The notes under the pieces: generated by a model
What the model was told of the DNA's origin: nothing
The model's input: the letters and a program-made list of their open reading frames with translations, nothing else
Database searches by the model: none
Made by a program: the position numbers and the translations under genes
Shown: in pieces, positions 1 to 7,465 of the stretch
Layout: each line of letters opens with the position of its first letter
How positions within the stretch are numbered: position 1 is the stretch's first letter
Source of the DNA: Copranaerobaculum intestinale
GTDB taxonomy: Bacteria > Bacillota_I > Bacilli_A > Erysipelotrichales > Erysipelotrichaceae
Assembly (NCBI RefSeq): GCF_009831105.1
Contig: NZ_WUUQ01000006.1
Coordinates: forward strand, 30,001 to 62,000
DNA length: 32,000 nucleotides
Reading direction: 5' to 3'

Positions 1-516
1 GCGGTGATCCAGCGAGGCGGTTGGTTCATCCGCAAACAGAATATCCGGTTGATTGATCATTGCCCGAGCGATTGCCGCCCGCTGTTTTTCACCTCCGGAA
101 ACCTGGGAAGGATATTTATCCGCCAGCTGTTCAATATGCATCGAAGCCAACAGTGATCGTCCCAGCTCATAGGCATTGGGATCATATTGAAGCCGAGACA
201 TACACACATTCTCCAAAACTGTGAGATTATCGATCATATAATTATCCTGAAAGATAAATCCGAATTTTTTAAGTCGAATTTCTTCCATCGCTTTATTCTT
301 TTTGTCATGCAGAGACAGATCATCAAGTAATATCTGACCCGATGTGATTTCACTGAGTCCGCTGATACAGCTTAGGAAAGTGGATTTCCCGCATCCGGAT
401 TCCCCCATGACCACAGCGAACTCGTTATCGGTTATCGTCAGGGAAATGTCTTTTAGTACCGGTATTTTTTTGTCTCCGACCTGATAGGTTTTATTGAGCT
501 TTTCAACTTTTATCAT
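1..516 (-). CDS. ABC transporter ATP-binding protein (MacB/LolD-like); C-terminus lies outside the window
   Basis: Minus-strand translation from ATG at 516-514 gives MIKVEKLNKTYQVGDKKIPVLKDISLTITDNEFAVVMGESGCGKST (Walker A) ... QVSGGEKQRAAIARAMINQPDILFADEPTASLD (signature and Walker B). An AAGGAG SD lies 8 nt upstream. The ORF runs off the left edge, so it is absent from the ORF track. Confidence 0.9.
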   Translation of the reverse strand, partial: MIKVEKLNKTYQVGDKKIPVLKDISLTITDNEFAVVMGESGCGKSTFLSCISGLSEITSGQILLDDLSLHDKKNKAMEEIRLKKFGFIFQDNYMIDNLTVLENVCMSRLQYDPNAYELGRSLLASMHIEQLADKYPSQVSGGEKQRAAIARAMINQPDILFADEPTASLDHR

Positions 517-688
517 ATTTCCTGCTCCTTTAAGTAATAGATAAGATTTGTTATCTTTATTTTAGTACGATAAGGAATAATTGGAAAGTCCTGCTTTCTG
601 TAAGTTGCCTCGTTATAATGTAACTTGCTCATTTTCACTTGCATAAAAGCAGGTTTCTTTTAGAATGGGTTTAGATGAGGTGATAGAC

Positions 689-1137
689 ATGAAAGTCCGA
701 GTTGCTTGCCGTGATGAAAATCGTGAGGCAGTTATTCAGGCGGTGAATCAAGGAAATTTGGAACTCGATGAACATGCGGAATATGTTATTTTGGAAGCTG
801 CAAGAATACCATCGACATTTTGACCGTAAAAGAGCGGGGAGAGTTTGTGCGTATCCCAATGAAAGTTGTTCTGTATCTGGAAAGTCTGCATAAGGATGTG
901 ATTGTTCATACTCAAGACGGTTGTATGAATGCTCTGGATACCCTTTCCAATCTGGAGCTATTGCTGAGTGAAAAGGGTTTTTTAAGGGTTCATAAGTCAT
1001 ATATCGTTCAGATTGACAAGATCAAGCGGATCCGGATTAGTCTGAACACAAAGTTTCTGCTGGTCATGGAAAATCTTGATACAGTGGAGGTAAGTCGCAC
1101 GTATTATTATCGTTTTAAAGAAAGATTGGGTATATAG
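689..1137 (+). pseudogene. LytTR-family DNA-binding regulator (no receiver domain) with an apparent single-base frameshift
   Basis: ATG 689 has a good SD (GAGGTGA) and reads MKVRVACRDENREAVIQAVNQGNLELDEHAEYVILEAARIPSTF, stopping at 824-826. The LytTR domain (ORF 820..1137: FVRIPMKVVLYLESLHKDVIVHTQDG...LRVHKSYIVQIDKI...VEVSRTYYYRFKERL) is in the -1 frame, which is open from 772, and has no SD of its own. The total length of 449 nt is 2 mod 3, so one extra base between 772 and 824 would restore a 150-codon gene. Confidence 0.6.
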
Positions 1138-1149
1138 GGAGGTGATACT

Positions 1150-1829
1150 ATGAAGAGCGATGTAAATATGCTTTATTTATCCATTGCGATAGCAGTTATC
1201 TGTGGAATCTTATTACTTTTGGGTACAAAGCGCTGTATGAGCGAAATATCAATAAAGCTCTGAATCATAAAAAAGTATACAAGCTTCCTCCCATCTGGGT
1301 AGTATTACTTGTCTATATCGTTATCTGTGTTATCGTTGTTGATTCTTTTGTGAAGATAGAAAGCACCCCACGCCATATCTGTGATGTTAAACAAAATGAA
1401 TTGGTCTTTCAGTCGGAAGAAAAGGAATCGATTGATTCGATCTTATCAAAGTGGCTTTCTAAACAGAAACACGCAGATGTGTCAAAGCATGATCAGGGAA
1501 ATGGTTTTGAAGTAATTATTGGAAACAGTGAAGGTGAAAATAATATTGTTTTCGTATCTTATCACGTAAACGGAGTCGAGGAAAATGATAAGCTGGAAAT
1601 GGAAGTTAAAAATGTTCAGCAAACCTTTCATGCAAAATTCGATGATGGTCATATCCCCTATAAAAATGGGGGGAAAATTTATTTTTATTTCTATAGTAAG
1701 AATGATTCAAAATTATGTACGAAAACTTTTGAGATTTTTGTGAAAGTGAAGGGGAAAAATTATTTATCCGCGGAGAAGGAAGTAAATATGACTTCGGGTG
1801 AAGCTGTATCTTTGTATTACAAAAAGTAA
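1150..1829 (+). pseudogene. Small two-TM membrane protein of unknown function with an apparent single-base frameshift; partner gene of the LytTR regulator
   Basis: ATG 1150 has a strong SD (GGGAGGTG, overlapping the LytTR stop) and reads MKSDVNMLYLSIAIAVICGILLLLG, then stops at 1261-1263. The other frame is open from 1155 and continues YKALYERNINKALNHKKVYKLPPIWVVLLVYIVICVIVVDSF (second TM) into ORF-track 1350..1829, whose GTG start lacks an SD. The length of 680 nt is 2 mod 3. The shift must lie in 1216-1260, which contains T4 and G3 runs at 1217-1223. Confidence 0.5.
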
Positions 1830-1834
1830 AAAAA

Positions 1835-1871
1835 GGGATAACGAGTGGTGTATCTATTCGTTACCCCTTTT
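1835..1871 (+). terminator. Rho-independent terminator after the 1350..1829 ORF
   Basis: GGG(A)TAACGA ... TCGTTACCC stem with one bulge, followed by CTTTT. Confidence 0.55.
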
Positions 1872-2007
1872 CGGGTTCTCTTATATGAAGGAAGTTATCT
1901 GGCAATGAAAATGGTAATTTCAGTGTTTATCATCTGAAATTTCGGATCATAAAGCTTTCGCTGATCATTATGAGTGATCAATTCTTTTCAAACAGAATTT
2001 AGGAGGT

Positions 2008-3525
2008 TTATTTTATGATGTGTGGATCGATATGATTTCTTCCTTCTCCATATGCGTGCAGAGGCTTGGAAGCCGGTCCTTTGATGATATTGCCGTCAAT
2101 ATCAAAACGGGATCCATGACAGGGGCAATCCCATGTTTTATCCAGTGGATTGAAGACACAGGTACAACCCATATGCGGACAGGTGATATCCACGATGTGT
2201 ACCAAATGTTCATGGTCGGTGTAGACCCCGTACATATGTTCATCAATTTCCATTGGTGTGCCTTCACCGGCTTTAGGAAGCTTATAAGCTCCGCTTGTCA
2301 GCTTGCTTTTTACCAGTGCTTTAACGGTTTCCCAGTTGTCTTTGATAAAGGTTGGTGAGAAGATAAGCTCACGGCGGTGAGGATCAAACATATCCTTGTA
2401 TTGACTCTCGTGATTGAGTACATATGCACACAACAGCTTGCCGGCTATGGTTCCGGTCGCATTCCCCCACTTTTGATAACCGGACGCAAATAAAATGCGG
2501 TCATTATCTTTTTTCAGGGGCCCGATAACGGCGATATGATCGGCTGTCATATAATCTTGGGAACTCCAGTGCTGAAAATGCTTGCCCAAGTGAAACCGTG
2601 AACGGTTCCGCATAAAGAAATCTTCTAAATGTCCCTGATCGAAGCGTCCGACCGGATGCTTATGTCCGCCGGCCAACAGATAGGTATCATCCATATACCG
2701 ATAGGTGCGGTAGGAATCCAGCTGATCATCACAACTGATGATCTGTTCATCCGGCAGCGGTTCATCATAGCGGGCCATCATGAGCTCGGACTGCTCGTTG
2801 ATTAATTTGGTAAAGTAAAACTGAGATTTATCCAGAAAGGGAAACTGTGTGGCAAAGACGACATGTTTGGCTGTTACTTCATAACCGCCGGCTTTTATGA
2901 GAATAACATCACCTTGTTCCTCCATGGCAGTCACCGGCGTATGCTCGTAAATCGCGATGCCTGCTTCATTTACAATCGACGCTAGGGCATGCAGATATTT
3001 AATCGGATGGAACTGTGCCTGCTGATGGAAGCGTATGCCGGCTTTTAAGGTTATCGGATATTCACTTTCGCAGATGTATTCGCAGTCGATGCCAAGATCG
3101 AGACATGCCTGGAATTCATCCTGCACCGCTGCCTTTTTTTGTTCATCGGCAGTATATACAACACTGTCCAGGCGGCGGAACTGACAATCAATCTGATAGC
3201 TTTGAACAATTTCCTCCACTGAGTCGATCGCTTCCTCCTGCGCTGTATAATAAGCTTTCGCAAATTCGCGTCCTTTCTGTTCACTCAGCTGGTGATACAG
3301 CAGACCGTGCTGACTGGAAAGCTTTCCGGTACTTCGGCCGCTGGCACCGTATGCAATTTTATCTGCTTCTAAAAGAATAACATCGCTGTGATCTTTACTG
3401 ATGTAGTAGGCGGTTGTCAAGCCGGTGATGCCAGCCCCGATGATGACAGTGTCTGCAGCTTGGTTTTGTTTAAGTTTTGGATAGGTTGTTTCTGGTACGC
3501 TTTTCAGCCAATAAGAATCATTCAT
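2008..3525 (-). CDS. FAD-dependent oxidoreductase with C-terminal Rieske [2Fe-2S] domain (B. subtilis YhfW-like)
   Basis: N-terminal dinucleotide fold VIIGAGITGLTTAY. C-terminal Rieske motifs CPHMGC ... CPCHGS. I prefer ATG at 3525 (SD GAGGTG 6 nt upstream) to the track's GTG at 3534, which lies inside that SD. Confidence 0.85.
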   Translation of the reverse strand: MNDSYWLKSVPETTYPKLKQNQAADTVIIGAGITGLTTAYYISKDHSDVILLEADKIAYGASGRSTGKLSSQHGLLYHQLSEQKGREFAKAYYTAQEEAIDSVEEIVQSYQIDCQFRRLDSVVYTADEQKKAAVQDEFQACLDLGIDCEYICESEYPITLKAGIRFHQQAQFHPIKYLHALASIVNEAGIAIYEHTPVTAMEEQGDVILIKAGGYEVTAKHVVFATQFPFLDKSQFYFTKLINEQSELMMARYDEPLPDEQIISCDDQLDSYRTYRYMDDTYLLAGGHKHPVGRFDQGHLEDFFMRNRSRFHLGKHFQHWSSQDYMTADHIAVIGPLKKDNDRILFASGYQKWGNATGTIAGKLLCAYVLNHESQYKDMFDPHRRELIFSPTFIKDNWETVKALVKSKLTSGAYKLPKAGEGTPMEIDEHMYGVYTDHEHLVHIVDITCPHMGCTCVFNPLDKTWDCPCHGSRFDIDGNIIKGPASKPLHAYGEGRNHIDPHIIK

Positions 3526-3604
3526 GTAATTCACCTCTATCTTATATAATGGCTTACCAAATTGGGATTATAATGGTAAAATAGAAAAAGATAAGGAGAA
3601 CGAT

Positions 3605-4135
3605 ATGGATTTACAAAAATGGTATAAGGAAAAACGGTGCATTGTAGGCGATGGAATCGTTCTGCATCCGATTACAGAAGCGGATGTGGATGATATCTTT
3701 GCGAATTTCACAAAGCCCGTCACAAAATATATGTATCCGGCAGCACCAAAGGATAAGTCAGAAACGGAAGCGTTCGTTTATGGAGCGGTACGAGGCTGGC
3801 AATGCGGGATTGAAACAGTGTTTATCATCCGTGATAAGGAAGGCGGGTTTATCGGCTGTGTCGGACTTCATGGAATTTTATGCGGTCATCCGGAAATTGG
3901 AATCTGGACAAGTGAAAAGGTTCGGGGACATGGATATGGAAAACAGGCGGTGGAGCTGGCGGTCAGATTTGGACGGGAAATGCTGAAGCCGGACTATTTT
4001 GTATATCCGGTCGATCACCGCAACGGACCAAGCCGCCGTATTCCCCTGTCGATGAACGGCAAAGCGATGCGTGAATTTACCTATGAAAATAAAAGCGGTG
4101 ATACACTGGAAATGATCGAATACTGGATCGATTGA
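3605..4135 (+). CDS. GNAT family N-acetyltransferase (RimJ/RimL-like)
   Basis: 176 aa with SD AAGGAGAA. Typical GNAT core IGCVGLH...GHGYGKQAVELAVRF. Confidence 0.8.
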   Translation: MDLQKWYKEKRCIVGDGIVLHPITEADVDDIFANFTKPVTKYMYPAAPKDKSETEAFVYGAVRGWQCGIETVFIIRDKEGGFIGCVGLHGILCGHPEIGIWTSEKVRGHGYGKQAVELAVRFGREMLKPDYFVYPVDHRNGPSRRIPLSMNGKAMREFTYENKSGDTLEMIEYWID

Positions 4136-4155
4136 GAGAATCTCTGGGAGGAAGA

Positions 4156-4665
4156 ATGATGACGGTATTGGAGTGTATAGAAGCAAGGAAAAGCATACGG
4201 AGTTTTGAGGCAAGAGAGATCGAAGCGGAAAAGCTGGATAAGGTACTGGAAGCGGGACGACTGGCGCCTTCGGCATCAAACCGGCAGACATGGAAATTCA
4301 TAGTTGTGCAAAATGAGAACCTGCGCAATAAGATGATTGAAGCATGCTCCAACCAGGAATTTGTCGGTGAAGCTCCGGCGATACTTGTGGTATGTGCAGA
4401 ATCACATTTGATGCGGTGTCAACAGGATGCAGCGACGATTGATGCGTCGATCTCATTATCCTTCATGATGCTGGAGGCACAAGAACAGGGCTTGGGAACC
4501 TGTTGGATCGGAGCATTCTATGAAGAAAAGGTCAGAAAGCTGTTAAAAGTGCCAACTGAATATCAAATTGTGGCGCTGACACCGATCGGTTATCCGGCAG
4601 AAACTGGTAATAAACATTTGCGGAAGGATCGAAGCGAAATAGTTTCTTACGACAGTTTTCGTTAA
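4156..4665 (+). CDS. Nitroreductase family protein
   Basis: Motifs RKSIRSF, APSASNRQTWKFIVV and GLGTCWIG. Start moved to ATG 4156 (SD GGGAGGAAG just upstream) from the track start at 4132. Confidence 0.85.
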   Translation: MMTVLECIEARKSIRSFEAREIEAEKLDKVLEAGRLAPSASNRQTWKFIVVQNENLRNKMIEACSNQEFVGEAPAILVVCAESHLMRCQQDAATIDASISLSFMMLEAQEQGLGTCWIGAFYEEKVRKLLKVPTEYQIVALTPIGYPAETGNKHLRKDRSEIVSYDSFR

Positions 4666-4676
4666 TTATAAGCATG

Positions 4677-4699
4677 TGCAGCCACTGGCTGCATTTTTT
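4677..4699 (+). terminator. Rho-independent terminator of the GNAT/nitroreductase unit
   Basis: TGCAGCC-ACT-GGCTGCA hairpin followed by TTTTTT. Confidence 0.75.
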
Positions 4700-4815
4700 A
4701 ATCCTGAATTTATTGAATAGATTTATTTGAAAAAAAAGTGGGTTTACTATTCAAATTTTTGTGAATGATTCAATAATGCTGAATTGGGATCGCGATGTCC
4801 GGTACTTGATCATCA

Positions 4816-4844
4816 TTGACGGTCTGACAGATGTTTGCTATACT
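4816..4844 (+). promoter_or_regulatory. Sigma-A type promoter for the ABC-F leader
   Basis: TTGACG (4816-4821), 17-nt spacer, TATACT (4839-4844). Confidence 0.55.
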
Positions 4845-4868
4845 GAAACCAACGTTAGGAGTGGAAAG

Positions 4869-4886
4869 ATGAGAAATAAAGGATAA
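4869..4886 (+). CDS. Candidate 5-codon leader peptide (MRNKG) of the ABC-F attenuator
   Basis: ATG AGA AAT AAA GGA TAA, preceded by AGGAGTGG with its core about 7 nt upstream. It lies between the promoter and the terminator at 4959-4984. Confidence 0.4.
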   Translation: MRNKG

Positions 4887-4958
4887 TTGAGAAAAACCAA
4901 ATCTGTTTCGGTCTTACAATTATCTTTTTTCATGCCTGCCACAATGCAATATAGAAGG

Positions 4959-4984
4959 AAAAGGACGGTAAGCGTCCTTTTTTT
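4959..4984 (+). terminator. Intrinsic terminator (attenuator) 17 nt upstream of the ABC-F start codon
   Basis: AAAAGGACG-GTAAG-CGTCCTTTT stem-loop followed by a run of 7 T. The SD GGAGG for the ABC-F gene lies immediately after the T-run. Confidence 0.7.
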
Positions 4985-5000
4985 CGTGGAGGTGATGTTT

Positions 5001-6548
5001 ATGCTCAATCTGCTCAATGTTAAAATCCGGCATCAAAACGGAGATTTATTAATAGATACATTAAATTTACAGGTTCATGAACACGATCGGATCGGGATTA
5101 TCGGTGAAGAGGGTAATGGAAAATCCACTTTGCTGAAAGCGATCGCTGATTTATCATGGGTAACAGATTATGCAGGTATTGAAGGAACGATATGTAAGGA
5201 ACGAAATTTAAAAATCGGATATTTTGCTCAGGCACTGGAACCGATTTGGAAGGATACACTGATTTATGAATATTTATTAAAATCGTCTCCTGAAGCAGAG
5301 GTAAAACAGGAACAATACAATGAACTGCGGGAATATGCCAAGGAAGCGCAGCAGTTGAAAATGGACGTTGAACTATTACAGCGCGATCAGTTGATCGTTC
5401 AGGCCAGCGGCGGGGAAAAGGTAAAGCTGCGATTCTTGAAAATGCTGCATGAGCAGCCGGATATTCTATTGCTGGATGAACCGACAAACGATTTGGATTT
5501 GGATACGCTGGGCTGGCTTGAAAGCTTTATGCTGGGATGTACCAAGCCGATATTGTTTATTTCACATGATGATGTGCTGCTGGAGCGCTGTGCTAACCGT
5601 ATTATTCATATTGAACAGCGTAATCACCGAACCAAACCGGTAACTACGGTTGCCAATACTTCTTATCGGGAGTATATCGAATCACGCGGCATGCGATTGG
5701 AACGAGAACAGCAGCAAGCAAAAAAAGAGAAAGCGGAGTATATCAAGAAAAAGGTCAAATTAAACGATTTGAAAAATGCGGTGCATGATGCGCTGAATGA
5801 TACGGTCAGAAGTCCGTTCTATGCGGCTGGATTGGCTCGCCGTATGGCCAATCTAAAGGCTGTGGATAAACGCTTTGAAAATGTTGGTTATTCACGGGTG
5901 GATACCGTAGAGGAAGCAATCGATATTGGTTTTAAAGTGGCGCCGTTACCAACCGGTAAAATTATTTTAGATCTGGATCGTCCTGTGATAGGCGTGGGGA
6001 ACCGCGTACTGTTGGAGAATGTCCGTTTACTGATTCGCGGCAGGGAAAAGCTGGCTTTGGTTGGCCCTAATGGCTGCGGTAAGACAATTTTTATGAATCA
6101 AATTTATGAATTATTAAAGGATCGTCCAGATATTTGCGTCGGTTATATGCCGCAGGATTATGCTAGGGCATTTGCTGGATTTGATTCTCCGGTTGCATAC
6201 CTTTTAAACGCTGGTGATAAGGATGATGTTACCCGCAGCCGTGACCTATTGGGAAGGATGAAATTCACTGCCGATGATATGCTGAGACCCTGTGCTTCGC
6301 TGTCAGAAGGACAAAAAGCAAAGCTGTGCCTGCTGAAATTTATCAAGGAGGACTGCAATGTACTTTTGCTGGATGAACCGACTCGTAATCTTTCAGCACT
6401 GAGTGCCCCGACAATTTGCCGTATTCTCGCCGATTATCAGGGCTGTATGTTTTCTATCAGCCATGACCGTACCTTTTTGCGGTCATGTGCAGATACTATT
6501 TATGAAATCAAGGATCGAAAATTGGCGGTTGTAAACAGTATTTTATGA
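5001..6548 (+). CDS. ABC-F family ATPase, Lsa-like (candidate ARE-type ribosomal protection protein)
   Basis: Two ABC cassettes and no TM region. Cassette 1: GEEGNGKST, SGGEKVKL, LLLDEPTNDLD. Cassette 2: GPNGCGKT, LSEGQKAKL, LLLDEPTRNLS. A basic interdomain linker of about 80 aa (QQQAKKEKAEYIKKKVKLNDLKN...GLARRMANLKAVDKR) separates them. Start set at ATG 5001 (or 4995), after SD GGAGGTG. The track start at 4887 would read through the terminator. Confidence 0.85.
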   Translation: MLNLLNVKIRHQNGDLLIDTLNLQVHEHDRIGIIGEEGNGKSTLLKAIADLSWVTDYAGIEGTICKERNLKIGYFAQALEPIWKDTLIYEYLLKSSPEAEVKQEQYNELREYAKEAQQLKMDVELLQRDQLIVQASGGEKVKLRFLKMLHEQPDILLLDEPTNDLDLDTLGWLESFMLGCTKPILFISHDDVLLERCANRIIHIEQRNHRTKPVTTVANTSYREYIESRGMRLEREQQQAKKEKAEYIKKKVKLNDLKNAVHDALNDTVRSPFYAAGLARRMANLKAVDKRFENVGYSRVDTVEEAIDIGFKVAPLPTGKIILDLDRPVIGVGNRVLLENVRLLIRGREKLALVGPNGCGKTIFMNQIYELLKDRPDICVGYMPQDYARAFAGFDSPVAYLLNAGDKDDVTRSRDLLGRMKFTADDMLRPCASLSEGQKAKLCLLKFIKEDCNVLLLDEPTRNLSALSAPTICRILADYQGCMFSISHDRTFLRSCADTIYEIKDRKLAVVNSIL

Positions 6549-6573
6549 AAGTAATGAAAATGAATGGAAACGC

Positions 6574-6601
6574 TTGCATAAATCATAATTTAGCGTACAA
6601 T
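6574..6601 (+). promoter_or_regulatory. Sigma-A type promoter upstream of the uORF/ankyrin/EF-G2 unit
   Basis: TTGCAT (6574-6579), 16-nt spacer, TACAAT (6596-6601). Confidence 0.5.
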
Positions 6602-6635
6602 AAGAGTATACTAAGAAGCGAGAGGAGTGGGCATC

Positions 6636-6719
6636 ATGAATCAAACATTGACTGTTCACAAGGTTAATAAGAACCCTGATAATGTCCTCTACTTTTATGC
6701 GGTTTTAAAACGGATGTAA
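6636..6719 (+). CDS. Candidate 27-aa leader peptide MNQTLTVHKVNKNPDNVLYFYAVLKRM
   Basis: ATG 6636 has SD AGGAG 8 nt upstream. The last four codons form the 5' arm of the terminator at 6707-6744, and the TAA stop sits in its loop. Confidence 0.45.
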   Translation: MNQTLTVHKVNKNPDNVLYFYAVLKRM

Positions 6720-6744
6720 TGCGAAAGCGTGCGTCCGTTTTTTT
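6707..6744 (+). terminator. Intrinsic terminator (attenuator) between the uORF and the ankyrin gene
   Basis: AAAACGGATG (6707-6716) pairs with CGTCCGTTTT (6732-6741), with one G-U pair and a 15-nt loop. The T-run extends to 6744. Confidence 0.7.
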
Positions 6745-6782
6745 ATCAGAGATTTTGATCTATTGAAAAGGAGGAATTTAAT

Positions 6783-7451
6783 ATGGATCAGATGAACAAG
6801 GCTTTCTGGGAAGCAGCTGCAAATGGTGATTTTACAACAATTTGTGCAGAGGTAAAAAAAGGTACTGACATTAACTATCAAAACGGTGACGGACGTACTG
6901 CCTTAATGCGCAGTGCTAAACGTGGTTATAAAGATATCGTTCGCGTTTTGCTGGATAATGGTGCAGATGTCAACCTTGAAGATAATTCCGGAAAGACGGC
7001 AATCATGGGAGCAGCGAAAAAAGGTCATAAAACGATCGTTAAGAAATTGATTGAAGCAGGTGCGGATGTCAACAAGCAGGACGATCGCGGCCGCAATGCG
7101 CTGATGCGTGCTGCATTCCTCGGCCAGGATCGCGTGGTTACTGTGCTGCTAGACGCCGGTGCTGATATTAATACACAGGACGAAGTGGGAAGAACTGCTT
7201 TGATGGAAGCATGTGTTGCTTTTAAAATGGATACGATCAAGCTGTTGGTTGAACACGGCGCTGATCTGAACTTATGTGATAATAATGGATGTACAGCGCT
7301 GATGCGCGCAGCGTATGCCGGCTATCGTGATTTGGTTGAATATCTGCTGGATCATGGTGCAGACAAGGAGCTGTTGGATAAAGAAGGTAGAAAAGCGGTT
7401 CATTACGTTCGTGAACACTGTCTTGACGAACTGAAACCGATTTTGAAATAG
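6783..7451 (+). CDS. Ankyrin-repeat protein, cytoplasmic (about 6 ANK repeats)
   Basis: Repeated 33-aa units of the form xGRTALMxAAxxGxxxIVxxLLxxGADVNxxD, for example DGRTALMRSAKRGYKDIVRVLLDNGADVNLED and NSGKTAIMGAAKKGHKTIVKKLIEAGADVNKQD. No signal peptide. Strong SD AAAGGAGGAA. Confidence 0.9.
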   Translation: MDQMNKAFWEAAANGDFTTICAEVKKGTDINYQNGDGRTALMRSAKRGYKDIVRVLLDNGADVNLEDNSGKTAIMGAAKKGHKTIVKKLIEAGADVNKQDDRGRNALMRAAFLGQDRVVTVLLDAGADINTQDEVGRTALMEACVAFKMDTIKLLVEHGADLNLCDNNGCTALMRAAYAGYRDLVEYLLDHGADKELLDKEGRKAVHYVREHCLDELKPILK

Positions 7452-7465
7452 GAGGGCTGGCGGAT

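Noticed and set aside
2001-2035. Perfect AGGAGG SD followed by ATGATGTGTGGATCGATATGA (a 6-codon ORF) on the plus strand.
   Set aside because: It lies antisense within the last codons of the Rieske oxidoreductase gene, and the ORF is trivial. The purine-rich box is most simply a coincidence at the gene end.
4887-5000. N-terminal extension of the ABC-F ORF from a TTG at 4887.
   Set aside because: The extension would be translated through a canonical terminator hairpin and T7 run, and it lacks an SD. The ATGs at 4995 and 5001 follow GGAGGTG and match where ABC-F proteins normally begin.
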